In this document: positions 36,101 through 41,584 of the stretch, one piece after another
Numbering within the stretch: the stretch's first letter is position 1
How the letters are laid out: every line of letters starts with the position of its first letter
Source: Clostridia bacterium
GTDB lineage: Bacteria > Bacillota > Clostridia > Christensenellales > Borkfalkiaceae
DNA length: 48,651 nucleotides
Assembly: GCA_017503265.1 (NCBI GenBank)
Contig: JAFVTK010000028.1
Coordinates: forward strand, 1 to 48,651
Reading direction: 5' to 3'
Translations under genes and position numbers: made by a program
The notes under the pieces: generated by a model
Told to the model about the DNA's origin: nothing
Seen by the model: the letters and a program-made list of their open reading frames with translations, nothing else
Databases searched by the model: none

Positions 36101-38940
36101 AAAATACCGTTTAAATAAAGTTTACCCGTTTGATAATCGAAATTAACTTTTATGCTTTCTTTGCCTCTTGAGGACAATCTAACGTTATCAAACGATTTAC
36201 CCGTCTCTGCAATATTTGCATCAATTTGTGTAAATTTTGAACCGTCGTCGTAACCGCTATAACCGATGGTAGCGCTAGCAGCCTCCCAAGAACCGACTGC
36301 GGTTACTCTTAAGTTGTTCATTGATACTGCTTGACTACCGTGCCACGCATCCCATAAATATAACGCGATATATTTAGTACTGTCACTTGCGTCCGCAATA
36401 ACTATTCTATAAGCCTTTGCTTGGTCGTTTTCTCCGTTGTTTGCATTAGCGTCAGCGGGGAAATAAAGTTCAATTAACGTATCGCTTTCTTTGTTATCGC
36501 TAATATCTACCGCTTTATCAAACGCCACGCCCGGTTGATTCTTTGACGTGCCGGCTCCAAAGTTATAAAGCCAAGGATTGTTCTCATTATCAGCAGTCGT
36601 TTGGTTGATATATTTAGTTTCTTTGTTTCGAGTATAGACCATAAGTCCTGAACCTGAAACGCTTGCTCCATTTGATGCCGAACTTGTAAATTCACCGTAA
36701 CTTATACTCTTAACATTTTCGCCGTTTATTGCCGAGAAGTTTGCAACAAACGAATCCGTCGTTACGGCAGATTCATAAATATAAACTGAGGATTTGAAAA
36801 CCCTTCCACTTGCTACGTAAGTTACTTCGTATTCGCCAACTTCGGTAGGTACGAATTTATCGTTTGTAATTTGAATTTCATCTCCCGACGGAGCAACGAC
36901 AGAAAGATCGTAATCGCCGAGTTCGGAAACGGCGCTAGGAGTTGTAAACTCGTAAGTTTGACCTTTTAAACCTCTTTCTAATGCGTCTAAATAAGTGTTT
37001 TCGTTTGGCTTGGTTGAAAGTTTTTGGCCGTCAAGTTCTAAAATTCTAATCTTAACCGAATCAAAACCGCTCATTAAAGTCGTCGCCATTGAGAAGGTAA
37101 GATTTTTATCTCCAAAACCGCCGAAAGCAGTTCTTGCGCCACTGTAAGTTTCGTCAAGGTCTGCTATCTTCCAACGCTTCACCTTTGTTCCATCGGCTTT
37201 CGTGTGTGTGGTATAATAAGACGTTCCCCATCTACCTGCATCGGTATATAAACTGTTATCTGCAGCGTTGTAATAAATTGCAAACGTTGCCTGGGACATT
37301 CTGTTAACGGACGTGCTTATACCATAATGGGGATAAACACCGCCTACAGTTTCGCCCGCATCGGTATTAGCGCTATACTGGTCTAACACCCAAGTTATAG
37401 GATATCTTATGTATTTATCAAAATTGTACGGCACTGGGAAACCGTATTCACTTTTTCCAAATACACCGCCTTGATCTAACGCCCACTTACTTTCTCCGTT
37501 TACTGAAACCGTATAACAGTTACGGTAACTGCCGTTATCTTCAAAGTTCTTTAAGTTAATTTTAAGGTTGTTGGTTCCGTCCGACAAATTGAAAGCAACT
37601 TCAAAAAGACCTGAGTTATTAACCGCTTTTGTAGTACCTACTTGTTCTGGATAAACTTCGAATTCTACGAGTTTAGTAAATATATCGTTATCAGAAAGAT
37701 TTACGCTATATCCATCCGATAAAGTAGCAATACCGTTGCTTGCGGTAAATTCTTTCAATACGCCGACAGTTCCCCTGTTTGCCTTTAAAGAATCTGCATT
37801 TTGGGTGGACACTTTTTGTCCTGCAAAATCGGTAATAACGATATCGTGGCTACCCGTATATTCAGGGTTCCAGTCAACGTGCATAGTAACCGCTACGCTC
37901 TTTGCTTCTTCTTCGGTAAATCCCGTCCAACCGCATTTAGAGTTATAGTGAGCATAACTACCGCTTGTACTGTAACCTTTTCCTTCCGTTTTTGCGCTTG
38001 CATCTAAAAGCAAGAAACGTCCTTCGCCGTTAGTAGCAGTTACAAAATAATTGCTATTGTAACTTGACATATACTCATAGTGAACGGCTTGTGTATAAAA
38101 TTTTGAGGTAGCATAATCGTAGTAAACTTTTACAGGATAAACTGCATTACACTCTGCTGTAATTGCCGTGCCGTTTTTCTTAATTTGATTTATATATCTA
38201 CCGTTTGATACCTTCGCAGCGCTAGAAGTATTCGTAGGCATAGAACCATCAAATCTGAAAGGATATCCTCCTATTCTATCTCCTGCTTCTACAGCGTAAT
38301 AAGTGCCGGCGTTAGCGTTTGATTGACCGTAGTGGTTTGCAACACCGTTATAACTAACACCCAAAGAAGAGAACTCGTAAGCCGTACCAGCCTGTCTCAT
38401 CCCTATATCAAAATATTTATCTGGGTTTACAGTTGACCTAAACGTATAATATATGCCGAGATATGGATTAAGAGAATCCGCTGGCGATTTAGGACCTAAA
38501 AAGTTTACTGTTGGTAAAAAGCCTATTACGGGATCTGCATCCTTTGCACTACTTTGCGACAAGTCAACTACACCCATATCTAAAGTAGTAGTACCGTCTA
38601 AAGTAATCCTTGCCCCCGAATAACTCCAAGCCTTACTTGCGTCAGTCGTTACCGTCGGCATATTAGACATAGTATTTACCGTAACGTTTGAAAGTTTTTC
38701 AAGATATCCACCAACAGTTCCGCTATACGAATACTTATTAATGATATAGTTAGTATCCGAAAAAGTGGCTTGTTCAAACAAGTTTTGATTGCAATCAATA
38801 CCGCCGTTAAACATTTGAGAAATGCTTGCTTGCGCTTTAAGTGGACTTTCAACTTTAATATTTAACCCACCTATTGCAACGCAAACACAGGTAACAATCG
38901 ACAATAAAATTAAAATTTTCTGCTTTAAATTTTTCATCAT
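33124..38940 (-). CDS. Giant surface enzyme D: three unclassified modules, Ig-like domain, beta-sandwich, and a C-terminal DUF4838-type putative glycosidase; about 1938 aa
   Basis: The ORF-track start at 38985 has no SD. AAGGAG (38950..38945) precedes ATGATG at 38940/38937, giving MMKNLKQKILILLSIVTCVCVAIGG (signal/anchor). The N-terminal ~650 aa are paralogous to protein C. The C-terminal ~660 aa are paralogous to the lipoprotein at 18506..20521 (CQCSQC...NCP). Confidence 0.85.
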   Translation of the reverse strand: MMKNLKQKILILLSIVTCVCVAIGGLNIKVESPLKAQASISQMFNGGIDCNQNLFEQATFSDTNYIINKYSYSGTVGGYLEKLSNVTVNTMSNMPTVTTDASKAWSYSGARITLDGTTTLDMGVVDLSQSSAKDADPVIGFLPTVNFLGPKSPADSLNPYLGIYYTFRSTVNPDKYFDIGMRQAGTAYEFSSLGVSYNGVANHYGQSNANAGTYYAVEAGDRIGGYPFRFDGSMPTNTSSAAKVSNGRYINQIKKNGTAITAECNAVYPVKVYYDYATSKFYTQAVHYEYMSSYNSNYFVTATNGEGRFLLLDASAKTEGKGYSTSGSYAHYNSKCGWTGFTEEEAKSVAVTMHVDWNPEYTGSHDIVITDFAGQKVSTQNADSLKANRGTVGVLKEFTASNGIATLSDGYSVNLSDNDIFTKLVEFEVYPEQVGTTKAVNNSGLFEVAFNLSDGTNNLKINLKNFEDNGSYRNCYTVSVNGESKWALDQGGVFGKSEYGFPVPYNFDKYIRYPITWVLDQYSANTDAGETVGGVYPHYGISTSVNRMSQATFAIYYNAADNSLYTDAGRWGTSYYTTHTKADGTKVKRWKIADLDETYSGARTAFGGFGDKNLTFSMATTLMSGFDSVKIRILELDGQKLSTKPNENTYLDALERGLKGQTYEFTTPSAVSELGDYDLSVVAPSGDEIQITNDKFVPTEVGEYEVTYVASGRVFKSSVYIYESAVTTDSFVANFSAINGENVKSISYGEFTSSASNGASVSGSGLMVYTRNKETKYINQTTADNENNPWLYNFGAGTSKNQPGVAFDKAVDISDNKESDTLIELYFPADANANNGENDQAKAYRIVIADASDSTKYIALYLWDAWHGSQAVSMNNLRVTAVGSWEAASATIGYSGYDDGSKFTQIDANIAETGKSFDNVRLSSRGKESIKVNFDYQTGKLYLNGILIRSFKDVSANGTNYFNGFTDGKVKLSVNVERSNRLITEEWTRFFIMGIDGVSFATQKGGKFDGKILDDKLGLSPYMSIIDTTTGKSFVLNENDIVNVGDLFSNEESRVIGYYDGTLLKNISDLNGVVLAESKEYKLAYLDFYTEAGASIRISGYTGLRFRGFIDSQIDASIQDNIKEYGMILAPTDYIENKAFTLDDYQDGSMYQQPAENTVEGADLTHFYVTMTHLKATNMAREFSARVYVEISYDDGTTGFVYSNYTETDNSRSAYEVAKSAYNDEDEYAGMDETTATSIKTFLQNNYLNKVIDVNTLGVKANDDATYTVDSVSTTETTISLVVSGASGVRCLVYDGAAYWANGSTLIMEDSGDKLNVTFTLPTRIKNAVEQAVTIIDNGTTDYAILVPSFPSQSELFAAEELKSIIKNTYGAEMPIVSVYDSSTTKYISLGDTELKKKSELTLSSYTKNQGGFGIKSYGDGVAIYAEDDYALFYGMYRFLEENFGYMYYAYDCAVIDESPVQTLKNFNYEDFPDFRYRSMHSELTRRGYYTGDGLNMPANMKAAYINMHLYDTGSRYVYTDNNDYKTGNYGYNVVPFSQTLDDQSMITYFLPYDSSWDYFGTGLTYGAENPNWYYKESGKVRQICFTRAYNNDNGMYDIVLEKLKTIIVNNPQKIYYEIGVVDTSSSCQCSQCKSAYNTYGESGVYLRFVNKLASDIKTWQAMNCPRREIYLMAYAYHAFIEPPKGGVTVADNVIIRIAPITLDYSKAITASNNYYDDSWTNRITWKTIFDGWAKVAANLAIWDYRADFRHYLQPLPFQKSTEANIEYFKSLGVKEIFAQGVADYQKISIYPFAEMDDWIRSRMYWDSSLSYNDLRDEFINAYYGAAASYVLQYISKIESVFGSKEFSLGEDLTVSELKSRYNSTWVSQTKTIFDNAYSSVSGNAEITRRLDYLSMFYRYLQIKCSYEGADKATFKTMCEALGIWKVEINLKVEDFTA

Positions 38941-38950
38941 TTTTCTCCTT

Positions 38951-39067
38951 TTAAACAAATGGGTCTTCAAACTCGTTATCGCCATCTACGTTTCCTGGCG
39001 AAGTTGTAACTATGTCAGAAACTTCAATTAATAAAATTTCTAACGAGGGTGTATCATAAATTTTCAT
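38951..39067 (-). CDS. Unannotated small ORF, 38 aa, acidic (MKIYDTPSLEILLIEVSDIVTTSPGNVDGDNEFEDPFV)
   Basis: GGGAGGAACGAT then ATG: a consensus GGAGG SD 6 nt upstream. The TAA stop (38953..38951) directly abuts the AAGGAG SD of the giant gene. Below the ORF-track length cutoff. Confidence 0.5.
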   Translation of the reverse strand: MKIYDTPSLEILLIEVSDIVTTSPGNVDGDNEFEDPFV

Positions 39068-39147
39068 ATCGTTCCTCCCACGATTAAAATTTTGCATTTC
39101 AATTATACATCATAATATAAAAGAATTTTTATTCACCCAACAAAAAA

Positions 39148-39180
39148 AAGTATATAATTTTAAAAATTATATGATTTTTT
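39148..39180. promoter_or_regulatory. Conserved palindromic box, copy 1 (candidate operator in the divergent regulator/operon control region)
   Basis: AAGTATATAATTTTAAAAATTATATGATTTTTT. The core 39152..39172 is a perfect 10+1+10 palindrome. 30 of 33 positions are identical to copy 2 at 46425..46457. Confidence 0.5.
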
Positions 39181-39200
39181 ACTCTTTAAAATTTGACAAA

Positions 39201-39230
39201 TTGACTTTTTTCTTATAAAATTGATATAGA
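39201..39230 (+). promoter_or_regulatory. Candidate promoter of the regulator gene
   Basis: TTGACT (39201..39206), an 18-nt spacer containing TG at 39222..39223, then TATAGA (39225..39230). A second TTGACA sits 8 nt upstream (39193..39198). Confidence 0.35.
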
Positions 39231-39260
39231 CTCAATTTTTGCTGTTTTGGATTGGATTTT

Positions 39261-40319
39261 ATGAAACTTAGTAGCGTTAAAAATATTATCAAAGACGACA
39301 TTTTAAATAATAAACTTGGTAGCAGTGGTGAAAGATTTTTTACCACTAACGAAATAATTGAAAAATATGACGTTTCATTTACGTCTGCACTAAAACTTTT
39401 AAACGATTTAACCGAAGAAAACTTTTTACTTGCAATCGGCAAAAAAAAATACGTTATGAACGGTATAATGTCGCAAAATTCTAATTTGCACCAGCACCTT
39501 AAAGGCAGTAAAAAAATAGGGGTTTTGCTTCAATCGATCACGAACCCTTATTTTTCAAAAGTTACAGAGGCATTAAATACGGCAATTTTAAAAAAAGGTT
39601 ATACACCCGTTTTAAAAATAAGTTCTGCAGACGATGAAATTTCCACCTTAATTTCATTCGTTCAAGAAGGCTGTGCAGGGGTTATATCATTTTTTAAAAA
39701 TAAAAATACTGAAATCATTGATATTTACAACAGGCTTCCTATTCCTTGTGTTTTTATTTCTTCTTCCGTCCCTATTGAAAACGCATGTTGCGTACACTCC
39801 GACAATTATTCGGCAGGAAAACAAGCGGCAAAGCATTTGCTTGAATTCGGATATGAAAAACTTTTTTTATGCGGAATAACAAAAGCCCCGTCGCTTAGAT
39901 TCTCGGGATTTATTGATTATTTGAAATCAAAGGAAATACAGTTCTGCGACGAACAATTTTTACTTTATAATATGGTTGACACTTTTGCAAATAGCCATAT
40001 ACTTGCCGAAATAAAAAAATCTGCCCCACAAAGAGTTGGTATTTTTTGCTACCACGACTTAATTGCCGAGAATATTTTTAACTTGTTAAGACACAACAAT
40101 ATAGGCGTTCCCAACCAAGTTGGGCTTATAGGTTACGACCAGTTGGATACGGTTATTCCTATTTCTTCAAATTTAACTACTTTCTATTATTCGTTTACAG
40201 ATATTGCAAATTCTGCAATTAACCTTTTAATTAACAATATAAAGACGCTAAAACCGGTAAAAACGACTATTAAAGAAAAAACAGTTCTTTACATCCGTTC
40301 AACGACGTCAAAAGTATAA
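39261..40319 (+). CDS. Transcription regulator with GntR-type winged HTH fused to a LacI/PBP1 sugar-binding domain (AraR-like architecture), 352 aa
   Basis: The N-terminus GERFFTTNEIIEKYDVSFTSALKLLNDLTEENFLLAIGKKKYV fits a GntR HTH. IGVLLQSITNPYFSKVTEALN onwards fits the LacI-family effector domain. ATG at 39261 is preferred over the TTG at 39252. No clear SD. Confidence 0.82.
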   Translation: MKLSSVKNIIKDDILNNKLGSSGERFFTTNEIIEKYDVSFTSALKLLNDLTEENFLLAIGKKKYVMNGIMSQNSNLHQHLKGSKKIGVLLQSITNPYFSKVTEALNTAILKKGYTPVLKISSADDEISTLISFVQEGCAGVISFFKNKNTEIIDIYNRLPIPCVFISSSVPIENACCVHSDNYSAGKQAAKHLLEFGYEKLFLCGITKAPSLRFSGFIDYLKSKEIQFCDEQFLLYNMVDTFANSHILAEIKKSAPQRVGIFCYHDLIAENIFNLLRHNNIGVPNQVGLIGYDQLDTVIPISSNLTTFYYSFTDIANSAINLLINNIKTLKPVKTTIKEKTVLYIRSTTSKV

Positions 40320-40332
40320 TTCACCAAAAACT

Positions 40333-40375
40333 AAAACCGATTACTTTGTTTGGCAATAGTAATCGGTTTTTTATC
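40333..40375. terminator. Bidirectional intrinsic terminator between convergent genes
   Basis: AAAACCGATTACT (40333..40345) pairs with AGTAATCGGTTTT (40358..40370) around a 12-nt loop. A runs precede it and T runs follow it. Confidence 0.7.
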
Positions 40376-40400
40376 TAATAATCGACTTATAGGGCGCTTT

Positions 40401-41528
40401 TTATATTTTTACTCGCTCCCCTTTATATATGCTTTCATAACAAGCATTTATAACTTGCATCGTCTTTTTATGCTTTTCAAGAGATATCCATAAATCTTCT
40501 TGTTTATTATTCCGTAGGTTTTTAGCAACGCTTTCCATAAACGAAACTCTTGGATTTAATAAGTCATAAAACCTAGGATTTACCCTATATTCAAAATCTT
40601 CAAAACGAAGTTGTTCAGTCGTGTTTGGGTTGTACAAGTCGCTTATTAGCGAGCCTTTAGTTCCACAAACGGAAAGTCCTACTTGTACGGCTTCGGGGTA
40701 ATGGCTTAACCTATCTTTATTACTGTCAAGATTGAACTGCTTAATTTCTCTATTTGCAAACGATGGGTCAAGCGAAATTATAGTTCCGTTTTTAAGTTTA
40801 CCTATTACGTAAACCAAATCTTCAACTAACGCTTCTTCTCTCATACTTGGAGCAGTTTCAGCATAGACAGAATCAAACTCTAAATCAGTGATATATCTTA
40901 TCAAATCAAACACGTGGGGATGGTCGGTTAAAGCACCTCCCCTAAACTTTTCCGCATTAGGATACAACTGAAGACGTTTTCCATAACTTTTTTCAGGGAT
41001 ATTCATCCAAGGAAGCCACCACATAGGAAAATGTGAATAATTATATGCGGTAATAGACGTTATTTCGCCAAGTTCACCACTATTAATAATTTCTTTAATT
41101 CTTTCAACGGTTGCAAACCATCTCATTTCAAGTTCAATATAAATCTTAACACCCGATTCTTTTTCCAACCGCAACATTTCATCATACTCTTCCATATCAA
41201 GCGTAGGGATTTTCATCATTATTACGTTTATTCCACGTTCTGCACATAACTTATATTGTTTAAAATGCTCGCTATTTTCAGCCCCGCATATACAAAGTTC
41301 AATCTCGGGATGACTGTCAAGCATTTCTTCATCACTATAATAATGCGGATACTTATCAAAAAAAGTTGAATCGTGATAACTTTCTTCTATCAATACTTTC
41401 GACTCTTTATCAAATGAAACCGCGATTAGTTCATAATATGGACTCGACTTTACAACGTCAAAAATACCCATAACATGGGAATTTTTGAATCCCATAATTG
41501 CAATTTTTATAGGACGAAACTTTTTCAT
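40401..41528 (-). CDS. Gfo/Idh/MocA-family NAD(P)-dependent oxidoreductase-fold protein, 375 aa
   Basis: N-terminal Rossmann strand IKIAIMGFKNSH, an atypical dinucleotide motif. The C-terminal alpha/beta domain carries SGELGEITSITAY and DHPHVFDLIRYI. AAGGAG SD. Confidence 0.8.
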   Translation of the reverse strand: MKKFRPIKIAIMGFKNSHVMGIFDVVKSSPYYELIAVSFDKESKVLIEESYHDSTFFDKYPHYYSDEEMLDSHPEIELCICGAENSEHFKQYKLCAERGINVIMMKIPTLDMEEYDEMLRLEKESGVKIYIELEMRWFATVERIKEIINSGELGEITSITAYNYSHFPMWWLPWMNIPEKSYGKRLQLYPNAEKFRGGALTDHPHVFDLIRYITDLEFDSVYAETAPSMREEALVEDLVYVIGKLKNGTIISLDPSFANREIKQFNLDSNKDRLSHYPEAVQVGLSVCGTKGSLISDLYNPNTTEQLRFEDFEYRVNPRFYDLLNPRVSFMESVAKNLRNNKQEDLWISLEKHKKTMQVINACYESIYKGERVKI

Positions 41529-41584
41529 ATTTTACTCCTTAAAAAGTGATACTTTTGGCTTAACAACTCGTCACCAAAATTATA

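Noticed and set aside
38941-38985. ORF-track N-terminal extension of the giant gene (MAITSLKTHLFKRRK).
   Set aside because: No SD precedes 38985, and the extension overlaps the SD-preceded 38-codon ORF out of frame. A strong AAGGAG sits directly before the ATGATG at 38940/38937, which begins a typical signal or anchor sequence.
39179-39442. 87-aa minus-strand ORF overlapping the regulator start and promoter region.
   Set aside because: It is antisense to the well-supported regulator gene, has no SD, and is low-complexity and Ser/Leu/Lys/Phe-rich.
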